From contig CP086569.2 in the NCBI GenBank assembly GCA_009914755.4, positions 7,648,001 through 7,712,000 on the forward strand: DNA of 64,000 nt, written 5' to 3'. A model generated the notes under the pieces. The model did not search any database and had not been told where the DNA came from. It saw nothing but the letters and a program-made list of their open reading frames with translations. The DNA comes from the human T2T-CHM13v2.0 reference genome, Homo sapiens. This document shows, one piece after another, positions 26,458 through 44,800 of this stretch (the stretch's first letter is position 1; each line of letters opens with the position of its first letter). The position numbers and the translations under genes are program-made.

Positions 26458-29400
26458 GCCCATGCAACAGAATCATGTCATTTGGATGCAGTGCAGAGAA
26501 ATGCTACAATCTTCACTGTAATCAGTGTTCAGGCGGGAGAGGAGAGACACATAACCTAGATGATGAATCCAGCAATATGTTATGATCTCTTCTGAGGACA
26601 CTGTTAAGACACAAGAGTCAAATAATTAACTATATGTCCAGGTATATGTCAAAATGTCATCTGTGGGCTATAACTAAGGAGGATTATTAAATCACTCAGG
26701 AGATTGGCAAAGATAAATGTCATAATAATACCTGTAAAAAGGTTCAGGGAGGAGAATCACCATCCTGCACATCCTGGCTCCAGGTACAAGGGTCATTATT
26801 CAGCCTTTGATCTGGCCTCACATATATGCTGCAATGCCTCCTGTGAACATGGAGAAAAAAGGAAATTCCCATCACCTGAGTGGGTGCTGGTCAAGTTTAA
26901 TGTCAAAATCCTTGTAGTGTACAGGCCTCTAGAAGAAGAGTTACATCACCTGGATGCTTATTTCAGTGATGTATCTAATCCTCCACCGAGGGCAGGGCTT
27001 AAGCAGGAGAGGAGACAATCATCACCTACGCAATTGGCCTGGATATATATCACAACGGCCCTTATGTTTAGGACCAAGGCAGGAGAGTGAACTCACCTTG
27101 TGCTGGTTTCAGCTGTATGTCACCATCTCTCTGGTGGTCAGGACTCAGTCAAGAGAGAATAAGCATCACCTAGGTGCTAAGCCAAGTGTTATGTTATATA
27201 GTTTTTTATTGGTAGAACACCCCCAAATGAACAGTCACATCACATGGGTGCAGTACCCAGTTATGTGTAACAATGCACCAGAACTGCAAGGCCAAGGCAG
27301 AATAAGGAAGTCACATACTTATATGATGGACCTTGATAAAAGCCACAATGCTCTTTGTAGGCAGGGTTCAGACCAAGATTTTACATCAGCTGAGTGCTGT
27401 GTTCAGAGATATGTAAAAGTGCCCTTGGTCCCATTGCCAAAGAAGGTGTTGTATATCACTTAGTTGCTTGGTGCACATATGTCACAATTTGAACTGTGCT
27501 CTGGGTCTAGAAAGGAGAGTCAAAACAATCAGATGCTGGACAAAGTCATACTTCTCAGTCACACACTCGAAAATGTTCAGAAATACATTTCACAGTCCCA
27601 CACAATCCTGGCTTTGGGTGGGAGAGTCAACATCTACGATTTGGTTTGAAATACAGAAGTCACAATCTCAAAAATGTGCAAGATGCATGTATAAGAACCC
27701 TAATCCCACTTGAGTATTGTGCTCCATTAGTAGAGTCAAAGCACCACAGGTTTGCTGAATAATGGTTCATATGTCACAAAACCACCTGTGGATCTGATTC
27801 ATGTACAAGAGTTACAATTTTGAGATTTTGACTGCTTATGTGTGTGAGAGTTAGTACCTCATTTATAGGCTCTGTTTATGTGTGAGAATGAAAACAGTGT
27901 CAGCTGGGTGTTCATCCAAGACTCAAAATAGCATCTGATTGTTGGTGCCTGTTATAAAACTCTTTGTACCACTGAAGATTTATGTGATATAACTGAGTAG
28001 CACGGTTTTCCATGAATTCTTACAGGTGGGAGGTCTAGGACTTTACCCACGGCTGTAAGAGTGGCAATGAGAGTGGAAATATCTCCTTTGGCTGGGTCAA
28101 TGTATGAAAGTTATTGTTATGCATATTAACTGATTTAACAAATAAGTCTCAATTTTACTTTTGGGTACAGACAAGACAGAAAAGTCACATCATCTGGGTC
28201 CTTACAAGGCATATATTATAATCTCCTCTGTAGGCAGAACCCAGTCAGAAGGCTCATATCACCTGGGTACAATCTGAAATGATATGACATCATGCCCACT
28301 GCATACATAGTTGAGAAAAATAGTGGATAGTCACAGCCCCTAGGTGCTATGCTCAGCAATATATTATATTTCCCTCTCTTGACAGAGTATGGAACAAAGG
28401 GTAGAGTTACGTCTCCTAGATTTTATACTCAGTTGTATGTCACAATTTCTTTAGTGGGGAGGATCCAGGTAGGAGAGGAGATTCACATTATCTAGATGCT
28501 ATACCTAGCAATATGTCACAGTGTCCCCTGTAGGCAGGGCACTGGGTGGAGAGACACATCACCTACCTGGTAGGCCCAGAGATATGTGATAATATCCCCT
28601 GGTTCCAGGATCCAAGCAGAAGAGTCACCTTTTTATTATTCTAACCCAGCGATGATTCACAATGCAAACATGGTAAAGAATTTAAGCCAAAACTTCTCAA
28701 CAACTAGGAGTACTGGGCCTAGAGATATGACACAATCTCTTCATCTCTTAGCATCACACCTTTAACTGCTAGCTTGGGGTGTATGTGAGAGTCACAATCT
28801 CATGTGTTATCTGGATCATTGCATGACACATTCTACAGCATTCAAAGGGTTTATGCAACATGCATGAGAGTAGCAATCCACTCTGAGGCATGCATGGTTG
28901 TATTGACTCACAATCTTATATACTGCTTTAAACCCAGTTATAATAGTCAACATCTCTCTTATAGGGTGGGTTCAGATGGGAGACCAATTATTATGCCTGT
29001 GATCTGGGTCCAGAAATTAGTCACCCTCTCATCTGTAGCAAGATCCACATATCAAAGTCAAAATTCCATCTTTGTACTTTATTTACTTGTTAGACTCAGA
29101 ACTTCAACAGTGGCCTTTGTAAATGTGGGATGGTGACAACTTTGTCTCTCACCTGCAAGTGTAATGAAGAATCATGATCTTACCCTTTTCCTGGGCCATG
29201 TTACAAAACTCAGTGTACCACCCAATAAGTTTATAGAATACGAGTTAGTTTTGTAACATTCTTTGAGTTTTGTACAAATACGCAACTCATAACCTTAACT
29301 GTTGCAGTAAGCATAGAGATGAGAGGCAAAATATCTACTATTGGTGTAATACCAATTTAAATTTGATCATCATCACTCTGAATAGAAGCAATGTAAATTT

Positions 29401-31345
29401 AATATCCAGTTTTTAGGAAAAAACTTGACAAGAGGTTAGCACAAATTAGGTGTTTTGCCAAGCAATATGTCACACTGCCTCCTCTAGGCAGGTGGTAGAA
29501 ATGAGGGTTATATTAACTGGACACTAGACCCAGAAATATAACACAATCCCAAATGTGAAAGAAAAACAGACAATTGATGACAGCAAACACACCTACAACA
29601 TGGGCTCAAGATATGTTAAAATACTTTCTGTTGCTGTGGCACAGGCAGGAGAATTACATCATCCGCGTTACAGACCTAATAATATGCCATAATTCTGTCT
29701 TTATGAAGGACCCAGGCAGCAGAGGAACATCATCTGGGTGCTGGGCCAGCCAATATGTCAGAATTCCTCTTCATAGGGACAGTTCAGGAAAATATTAAGA
29801 GTCATATTATGTAAGTATTGGGCTTAGTATTATTTCACGTTACCCCATTGTAAAGCCTCTGGCAGGAAAACAGGTTCACATCTCTTAGGACATGAACTCA
29901 GGTATATGGCCAAATATCCCAAGTAGGCAGGGCTCAAGCAGAAGAAAAGAGTCATATCTCATATCATGTAGGTGCTTCCCTAGGTATATGACACAATCTT
30001 ACACGTGAGGTGAAAGCAGGCAAAACAGCCACATCACCATGATGTTGGATTCTGAGCTATGTCACAAGGCTCCCTTAGGACAAGACCCAGACAAGAGAGT
30101 TAGAGCAAATAAGTGCAGTGTTTGCCCTTATTTTTCAATGCTGTATGTGTGCAGGACCAGAGCACGAAGTCACATCACCTAAGTAATAGGTCCAGAGATA
30201 TGTCACAATGTCCCACTGAGGCCCTGGTGAAGGGGTACCATTACGTTTGTGCCTAACCTAGCAACATGTCACTATACAGGTAAGCATTACCCAAGCAGGA
30301 GAGCAGAATCCCCTAGATGAAGTCTCAGAAATTTGTCATAATGCACTTTGTAGGACATGGCCATAGCAAAAGAGTACCATCAGCTTTGTGCCTGGCCCAG
30401 CCATATGTCGCTATACCCCACAGTGCACAGGGACCATTATAATGAGGAGATTTATGTCACCTAAGTTGTTGACACAGTCATATGTCACAATAATTTCTGT
30501 AGGCAGGGCTCAGGCAAAAATGTAACATGACCAGTGTCCTGGATCCAGTGATATGTCACAATTCTTACTGAGAGCAAGGCCTAGGCAGGAGAGTCACATC
30601 ACCTAGAAGGTGGCCAAGGTACACATGACAATAACTTACATGGGATGAAACCAGTCTGGATAGTCAAATCACATAGGTGCTAGGCAAATATTTATGTCAC
30701 AGTCACACTGGCAGAAAATTCACTGGATGAGATTTACAATACCACACATATCCTGATTTCAGGACTGACATCTGGCTTCATATATGTGAGATGGTAACAG
30801 TCCTCACTGTCGGCTTGGTGTGTATATGAGACTCACAATTTCACCTTTCTGTTATGTTCTGTTATTACACTCTCTGTACAAGCCAAGGGCTTTATAAAAT
30901 TTCCGAGGCTATTATAATCTTCTGTAACCTTTCTTTAACTGAGAGAGACTTAATCACTCATGTTTCTATAGCAAGTAATGAGGGTCAAAATTACTCCTAT
31001 TTGTGGGGTATGAGAGTCAATACTATGCCTGTGAGTTGTGCATAGTTATATGTCACAATTTACTCTGTGGTAATGAAACAGGCTTGACAGCCAAGTCACC
31101 TAAATGCTGAACCAGAAATTTTCAAATATTCTTGTAGGCAAGTTCCTGGAAGAAAAGTTGCATAACTTCTGGGTTACACCCAGATGTATGGCACAATGCC
31201 CCTTTTAAGCAGTGCCTAGGCAGAAGAGGAGAGTCATATAATCTAAATGACTGGCCAAGACATGTGCAACAATGCCTTCTGTTGAAAGGACCAGGCAAGA
31301 GAGTCATGACATTTGCATGAAGTGCTTAGAAATGCTACAATCCCC

Positions 31346-31424
31346 AAGGCAGAGGTTGTAGTGAGCCGAGACTGCAGCACTGCACTGCAACCTAGGTGAC
31401 AAAATGAAAGAAAAAGAAAAAAAC
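31346..31424 (+). mobile_element. Alu 3'-end fragment with target-site duplication
   Basis: aggcagaggttgtagtgagccgagactgcagcactgcactgcaacctaggtgacaaaatgaaagaaaaagaaaaaaa is flanked by the direct repeat tacaatcccca / attacaatcccca. Confidence 0.8.
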
Positions 31425-32518
31425 ATTACAATCCCCAGTGGAAGCAGGATCCAGTCAGAGGAGGTGAGACAGGTAAACTAGATGATGGATTCAGAGACAT
31501 TTTACAATCCTTCCTGAGGATATTGTTAAGACAGGAGAGTCAAATCACAAATGTGACCAGCTGAGGTATATGTGCAAATCTCATTTGTGGACTGCACCTA
31601 GGCAGGATTATTAAGTCACCCAGGAACTGGGCAAATGTATATGTCACAGTAACACTAGTGAAATGCTCCAGAAACAGGAGTCACCTTCTTGTATATGACC
31701 TGGCTCCAGATTTAAGAGTCATGATTAGTCCTCTTATCTCATCTCAGGTATATGGCAAAATATCACCTGTGTGCAGAGAGCAAGTGGGAAGGTCACCACA
31801 CCTGGGTGGGTGCTGGTCCAGTGAGATGTCACAATCCATCTTCTGGGCAGGACCCTGGAAGAAGCATCACATCAGCTGGATACTGTTTTTAGTGATATAT
31901 CAAAATTCCACCTGTGAGCAGGGCTTAAGAAAGAGAGGAGGGTCACTTCACCTAGGCAATTGGCATAGATATATGTCACAATGGGTGCTATGTGCAAAAC
32001 CAAGGTATAAAAGTGACCACACCTTGGTGCTGGGTTTATCAATATGTCACAATCTCCCCTGTGATCAGGTCAAGACAAGAGAGTAGAAACATGACCTAAG
32101 TGCTGAGCAAAGTGATATGTTGTTACAAAGCTTCTCATTGGTAGAACCCAAAAGGGAGAGTCACAGCACCTGGGTGCAGAACCCAGTTATGTGTCTTAAT
32201 GCACCATAAGTGCAGGGCCAAGGCAGTAGAAGGGAGTCACAGTGCAGTTTGTAGGCAATCCCAGGCACCTATGCTTAGGTGTATGGTTCAATTATGTCAC
32301 AGTTTTGTCTGTGGTTATGGCCTAAAAAGGAGAGTCCAGTTATTCAGAAGCTAGGCTAACTTTTGTCTTAAGCGCACACCAGGAAATATTCAGATATAAG
32401 TTTCACAGTCCCATGAAAGTCCAACATTTGAGTATTTGAGTCAACACACCCTATCAGTTGGGTTGAAGTAGAGGAGTCACAATCTCAACAGTGGGCAAGA
32501 TCCATGTATAAGATGCCC

Positions 32519-33457
32519 AATTCCACTTGAAGATTGTGTTCCAGTAGGGGAGTCACAGCCTCACAGGTGTGCTGAATTATGCATCACCAAAAGACCCGGG
32601 GATCAGATCCAAGTATGAGAGGAACAGTTTCAAACTTTGACAGCTCTTTTGTGTGAGATTTAGTACCTATTTTTTTGGCTCTGTTCTTGTGAGAGAATGA
32701 CAGTCGGGTCAGCTGAATATATATCCAAGGGTCTCAATAGCATCAGATTGCTGTCCCTGTTATGAAATTATTTGTACTACTCAGGCTTTATGTCATATGC
32801 CTGAGTGTCATAGTTTTCTGTAAACTTTATAAAATTAGTAGACACATTTCTTTACTTATGGTCATAAGACTGGTTATGAAAGACAAAATATCTCTTCTTT
32901 CTGGGTCCAGTTATAATAGCTGTATTTATCCATGTCAGCTGAACCCAGATCTGTCACTGTTTCTCCTGTGCGCAGAACCAAAACAGGAGAGTCTCATCAC
33001 CAGGATTCTAAGCTCACAATACATTATAATATCTTTTTCAGGCAGTGCCAAGTCAGAAGAGTCATGTCATCTGGGTACAGCCTCAAGGTGCTAGCCTCAG
33101 CAATATTTAATAATGCCTTATTTCGCAGACTCCAGAATAAAGAGGAGAATTGCATTATTTAACTTTTGCATTCAGCACTATGTACCTATTTCTTTAGTGC
33201 ACATTACCTAGGCAGGAGAGAGAAGTGACATTTCCTAGATGCTACATTAAAAGATGTCACAATGTTCCTTGGGAGCAAAGCACAGGTAAAATAGACAAAT
33301 CACCTAGGGGATACTCTTGGAGATATGTGATAATATTTCTTGTTGGCAGTGCCCAGGCAGAAGAATGCACATACAGGAAACAATTTAAGCAAAAGCTTTA
33401 ACACGTGGCTACTAGGCCCAGTGATATGACACGATCTCAATGACCCAATATCTCATC
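32519..33457. other. Single-copy spacer at the centre of the inverted duplication; the orientation switch (fold-back junction) is at ~33455-33465
   Basis: Left-arm block A starts at 32474-32518 (gagtcacaatctcaacagtgggcaagatccatgtataagatgccc). Its reverse complement appears at 33458-33502 (gggctcttatacatggatcttgcctattgttgagattgtgactcc). From there the sequence runs as the reverse complement of what lies upstream of A. Sequence 32519-33457, which ends in a J-type block, has no mirror copy immediately adjacent. Confidence 0.7.
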
Positions 33458-34555
33458 AGGGCTCTTATACATGGATCTTGCCTATTGTTGAGATTGTGAC
33501 TCCTCTACTTTGGCCTAACTAATAGACAGGATTGATTCACATACATGAAACCGGGATTTGTGTGGGATGTGAAAATTATTTCTGAAACTTTCTTAGCATG
33601 TGATTGGGGCAGGTAACTTTGCCAAGCACATAAATAACCTGTTTCTCTTTTCTAGGCTGAGATCACAGATGAAATTGTGCCATATGTGGAACAAGCACCT
33701 AAGCAATATACAATACTTTCCTTGACTCTGCCTAAAAAGGGCACCTTTATATATCACTGGGACCATAATCAAGATGATGTGAATTACCTGCCTGAAGCCT
33801 GCCTGCAAAGACAATTGTGTCCTATAACTAGGTCCATCACATAAGTGATGTTACTCCTTTGTACTGCCTTGACCCTGCAGTTACAGTGCATTGTGACACA
33901 TAACTGGGAACTTCCTCCAGGTTATGGGATTCTCCTTTTTGTGTTCTGCCAACAGGAAGCATTGTAACATATCACTTGGTTCAGAACCTAAGGTGATGTT
34001 TCTTCACTTGTGCCTGGGTTCTGACCACAGGGAGATTGTGACATAGCTGAACCCACTGCCAACATGAGGTCACTCTCCAGCCTTGGTACTGTACATAAGT
34101 CAAATTTGGACATACATCTAAGCCAATTGCCTAGGTTAACTGAGTCTCACCTCTTTCCAAAGTCATGTTCACAGGGGGGTTTTGATGTCTGTGAAACCAG
34201 CATCCAGGTGATGTGACTCATCTGCCAAGGTTCTACCCACAAGGTGGATTGTGATATCTCACTGGAGGCACACCCACATAGGTGATGTGACTTTCTTGCA
34301 TTCTCTGACCAGAGTTGATACTGTGCCATACAATTGAGATGATAACAAAAGCCTAATAATAGCTAATATGGCTGAAGCAAGGATATGTGCAGCATGGTGA
34401 CTCTTATTCTTAAACCCTTGCACAAGTTTAACTGTGACACATACCTTTGCCCAGCTCTTGAGTGATTTGATAGTTCTGCCTAGATGTAGCCCACAAATGA
34501 GATTTTGACAAATACCTGGGCCAAGCACCTTGGTGATTTCACTCTTGCTATCTTA

Positions 34556-38883
<4,328 letters not shown>

Positions 38884-41800
38884 ACTCTTGCTATCTTAAC
38901 AATGTCCTCAGGGGGTATTGTAACATATTTCCAGACACATCATCTAGGTTACATGACTTCCCTCTCCTGCCTGTGCCCAGCTCCCTATGGTAATTGTAGC
39001 ATTTCTAAACACTACATCCAAATATGACTGTTTTGTCTGAGCTCTGTCAACAGGAAGTATTGTGACATATTTTTGGGCCAAAGATTTAGGTGATATGACT
39101 CTCCTCTTCTGCCTGGACATTCCCTACAAGGGACATTGTGCCACAGAGCTGGATCTAGCACACAACTTATGTGACATTTTTGACAGGGCCTGCCTACAAA
39201 GAGAATATTGGAATATGTATGGTCCAGCATTTAGGTGATAAGACCATTCTGCCTGCTTTATAACCACAGAGAATACTGTAACAGATGTCTAGGCATGGCT
39301 CACAGAAATGATAATATCTCTCATATGTGTACTCAGCCAATAAAGGATATTTTGACACTTAAAACTAGATTTAAGGACATGTGTGATGTCCTGTCTCACC
39401 TTCTTCTACAAAGGTCACAAAAGATTACAACACTCATACATATTTTAGAAGGTCTTTGGGTTATACAGACAGAGTCAAAGCAGGGCTCAGCACATAGGTG
39501 AAATTGTGAGTCTTGTATGCACACCCAGCTGACAGAAAGAAATGAACGAAAGGACTGGACACGGATGAAATTGTGACATATACCTAAAAAACATCTAGGT
39601 GTTATGACTTTCTATTTCTGCCTGAGCACTGCCTATTTGTGGCATTGGGCCATATCTCTGAGCCCATGACCTAAGTGATGTGAGTCTCTCATTCTGTCTA
39701 AGCCTTTACAATGGGAAGATTGTGTTGTGTTGATGAGCCCAGCACTTAGGTAACATGACTTTCATCGTATTGCCAAACAACACCCACAAGCAGGAATTTT
39801 GCTGTAGTTCAGAGCCTCACACCTGGATTATGTTACACTTATGCCTAGGTAATGCATAAAGAGAATTTCAGCATATTCCTGGGCCTAGCACACTTGTGAT
39901 GTGACTCTCCTGCCTGTGCCAGAGCCAGAGAAGGTATTTTGAAATATCTTTGGCCCATTCCATAGGTGTTTTGGGTCTTCTCACTTTGCTCGGTTTCTTC
40001 TACATGAGATTGTGTCATATTGCTGGCTCCAGATCCCAGTTAATGTGACATTCTTTCCTACATCCTGCCTAGACAAGACATTGTGTCATATTTTTTGCTA
40101 TAGCACCTAAGTGATATCAACTTTCTGCCTACTTTTTTGCCCACAAATTTGATTATGACATATACCTTTCTTCAGTTCAAAAGCCTGATGATCACGCTTC
40201 TATTGGGATTCAGCCAATAGGAGATATTTTGCCTTTCACGACTTTAGGTCAGTAGGTAAAATCCTTCACTGCATATTTGAACAAGCTTACAAAATTTTAC
40301 AATACTAACTCATCTCACAAAAACTTACTGGGTGGTACAGAGAATTTCATAACAGCGTCCAGAAAAATGTTAATATCATGACTCCACAACACACTCAGGT
40401 GAAAGTAAAAGTTATTACCATCCTACATCTACAAAGCTCATTGTTGAGGTCCTGAGTCTAATAAGTAAATACAGCTCATAGATGAAATTGTAACTTTTAT
40501 CAAAGAGTCTGGCCACAGGTGGGATGGTGGCTCAATTCTGGACCCAGCTCACAGGTCTAATAATGTTCTCATCCCTGAAACCATCATATAAGAGAGATAT
40601 TGACTGTCATATCTGAGTTTAGTGCAATATATAAAATTGTGAATCCATATAAGCATGTAGGTCTCAGCGAGGTTTCAACTCTCAAGTATGTTGTATAAAG
40701 TTCTCAAATGTTGTATAGAGTTTCATACAATGGCCATCACCCACATGAGTTTGTGACTAACATATACACAACTAGGTAACAGTTAATGGTGTCCCCCTTA
40801 AAGTTGAGGAGATTGAGTCATACCCTTGGCCTGGTACCCCTGTGTTGAGACTTTTTGGTTTAAATTGTTTTCCAGAAGAGCATTTTTACCTATCAATGGA
40901 TTAGAATCATAATAATGTGACTCTTCTGCCTGAGGCCTGAAAACGGGATATTTTCACATATCTCTGGGACTATTGGCTAGGTAATATGTCTCTCCTGCCA
41001 CTGCCCTTCCCATAGGAAACTCTGTAACATATTGCTAGATATAGCATCTAGGTAATGTGACTCTGCTCTCTTGCCTGGATCCTGCCCACTGAAGAAACTG
41101 TGACATATCACTGAGAGCAAAACCTATGTGACATTAATGTTGTCTTTGTCCTGGACTCTATCAAGAAAGGAAATTGTTACATGTTTCTGAGCCCAGCACC
41201 CAGGTGTTGTGATTTTCTTTTTTTCTGCAAACTGTTTACATTGGGCCTGGTGACATATTATACGTGAGGCTGTACCCAGGTGGTATGACTCTTCTGCCTG
41301 GTTTCTGCCCAGAAGTTAGATTCTGACATATAACTAGGGAAGCACCTAGTTGATATGACTGTCCTTTTCTTCGTGGGTCCTTCATACTGGGAACACTGGG
41401 ATATATCTCTGAGCCCAAGACTGAAGTGAAATGACTCATTTCCTGCCTAGTCTTTACAATAAAGGGATTGTGACATATTGCAGAGCCCAGAACTCAGGTT
41501 ATTTGACACTCCTTATTTTCTGGAATCATTCCTATCACCAGAATTTTTGGCCTATTGCAGGGCCCAGCACCCATGCAATGTTCCTCTTTTGCCTGGGTCC
41601 TGCACACAGAGAGATGTATGGCATATTGCTGGGGCCAAAACCCTGATAATTTCCTGTCCAGAACAAAACATTATCTCATGCCTCATGACTGTCCTGGAGC
41701 CACAGAAGGTATTTTGACACATCCGCGGCCCATCATATAGGTGTTCTGATTCTCATCTTTTGTCTGGGTTTCTTTCACAGCTGGGATGGTTTTGTATTGC

Positions 41801-44800
41801 TGAGTCCAGCACCAATTTAATGTGACTCTAATTTCTATACCTTGCCTAGGGAGGGCATTATGACATATTGCTTGGCACAGCACCAAAGAGATATTACCCT
41901 TCTGTGTAGTTTTTTGCCCACATATGAGACTGTGACATATACCTTACTTCAGATCACAGGCATGATGATGAAACTTATATTGGAATCAGCCAATAGGAGA
42001 TATTTTGCCTTTCATCACTAGGCTTAGGGCAATAGATAAGGTTCTGGTTTGCATATTTGTATGAAGCTCACAGAACTTTACAACAATAACTCATAACGTA
42101 TAATCTCTTTGGGTGGTACAGAGAGTTTCAAGAGAAGAACCAGTAAAATGTTCAGATTGGGGTTCTTGATTATGTACCCAAGTGAAAGCAAATGTTGTTT
42201 CCATCCCACATGGCCAAAGCCCAGAATTATGGTCCTGAGTCTAAAATGTAAATACAGTATGAAGTTGGAATTTTGACCTTCCTCTGTGGATCTGAACACA
42301 GGTGGGATGCTGAGTCATTTTTACGTCTAGCTCACAGGCATGATAATGGATCTCATTCCTTAACCCAGCCTACAGGAGAGATATAAAACCTAGGTTTAGG
42401 GCAATAAGTAAGATCTTGAATCTATACTAGCATGTAGGGGTCAGAGTGGTTTGCCACTCTCATGCATGCTGTATAAGACCTTCAAATGTTGTAGAGTGTC
42501 ATACAACAGCCCAGGAAATGTGCAATTGCGACTCTCATATACAAACCCAGCCCACATTTAATGTTGTCAACATCAAAGTCAAAAATATTTGGCATATTAC
42601 TAGGCCTAGTACCCAAGTGTTGTGACCTTTTGGATTAAATTTTTTTCCCACGGGTGCATTGTGACATATCACTGGGTTACAATTATAATAATGTGACTTT
42701 TCTGCCTGGGCCCTGCCAGCAGGGCAAATTATCTCATATCTCTGGGCCTATAAGCTAGGTGATTTGTCTCCCCTCCCTGTGCACTGCCATCAGAAGACAT
42801 TGTGAAATATTGTTTGGCTTAACATCTAGGTTATGTGATCTCTTCTCTGGCCTGGGTCTGCTCACCAAAAAAGTTCTGACATATCGCTGATTGCAAAACC
42901 TAAGTGATGTGACTCTTCTTCATATTCTAGACTGTGCCAATCAAGGGGATTATTGCATATTGCAGAGCACAGCACCTATGTGGAGTGACTCCCCTTTTTC
43001 TTCTTTCCTGTCTACGTTGGGCTTGGGAACATATTATTTGAGGCTATACCCAGGTGATGTGACTCTTCTGAATAGGCACAGCCTACTAAGGAGATTATAC
43101 TCAGCACCCAGGTGATGTGACTCTCCTGCCTTTTCCCTGTTCTCAGGTGGAATTGTAACATATATCTTGGTTAAGCACACATGCACAATAATAACTCTTG
43201 TACTTGGACTCAGACAATAGAGTTACTTTATCTCTCAGATCCAGTCTTAAACCCATGGGTAAAATACTGGATTTTTCACTTTTACAAAGTTCATGAAGGA
43301 TTATAACACTCAGTGTATCATATGAAGTCTTAATGGTACAAAGAGTGTCATAACAGAGAACAGCAATGAGAGGTGAATGGGACTTTTGTATGCACACCTA
43401 GCTGAAATGTTTGTCATTCTCACACAGAACAGGGCCTAGGAATGAGGTACTAAATCTCACATATAAAAAGCAGTCAAAAGATGAAATAATTACTCTCATT
43501 CAGGAATCTGATTCACAGGTGGTTTTGTAACATTTGAACCATGATTAAGCACACTGTGGTGCTCTGATTCCCCTGCTGGAACACAGTTTTCAAGTGGGAT
43601 TGGGGATCTTATACATGGATCTGGTTCAATGTTGAGATGGTGACTCCTTACTTCAACCCAGCTCATAGAAAGAATTGACTCACATAAACAAAACTAGGAC
43701 TTGTGTGGGATGTAAAACTTATTTCTGAACCTTCCTGAGAGTATGATTCGGACAAGGTAACTTTGCTCAGCACATGAATAATTTGATTATCTTTTCTTGA
43801 CCCAGACCACAGAATAAATTGTACCATATGTGAAACAGGCAACTAAGAAATAGATCACCTCTTTCATGGCTCTGCCTACAATGGGAACCTTTATGTATCA
43901 CTGGGACCATCACCCAGGTGATGTGAGTTATCTGCATGAAACCTGCCTACAAAAAGAATTGTGTTTTATATCTAGGTCCATCACATAATGGTCGTGGCTC
44001 CCTGACACTGCCTTGGCATAACTTGGCAGTAGCTAACTTGGCAGCACATAACTACATACTGCACACTGGTGATGTGATTCTTCTTTTTGTGTTCTGCCAA
44101 CAGGAAGCATTGTAACATGTCACTTGCCTCAGCGTCTAGGTGATGTTCCTTGGTTTTTGCCTGTACCTTGATCACAGGGAGATTGTGACATAAAGCTGGG
44201 CTGAGCACGAACGTGAGGCCACTCTCCAGCTTTAGTACTGCACAGAACAGACATCGTGACATATCTAGGCCAATCACCTCGACTAAGTGTGGCTCCTTTC
44301 TTACCAAAGTCCTGCCCAGAGAGGGGGTTTTGATATGTCACTGAAATCAGCATCCAGGTGACATGACTCCTCCACCAGGGTCCTTCTCACAAGGTGGATT
44401 GTGACATCTCACTGGAACTGCACCCACTTCGGTGATGGGACTTTCTTTTTTTTTTTTTCTCTCTTGCCACAAGTGATATTGTGCCACATACCAAAGATTA
44501 TAACAGAAGCCTAATAACAACTCATATGCCTGGAGCCCAGGACTTGTGCATTATAGTGGCTCCTAGTCTTAAGTCTTTCCATGAGAGTAATTGTGACATA
44601 TACCTTTGTGCAACTACTGAGTAATTTAATAATTCTGCCTAAGTATAGCCCATAAATAAGATTTTGACAGATTCATTGGCCAAGCACCTTGGTGCTTTGA
44701 CTGAGGTATCTTAAAAATGTACTCAGAGGAGATTGTAACATATTCCTGGACTCTTCATCTAGGTTACATGACTCCTCTTTTGCCTGTACCTTGCTTCCTT

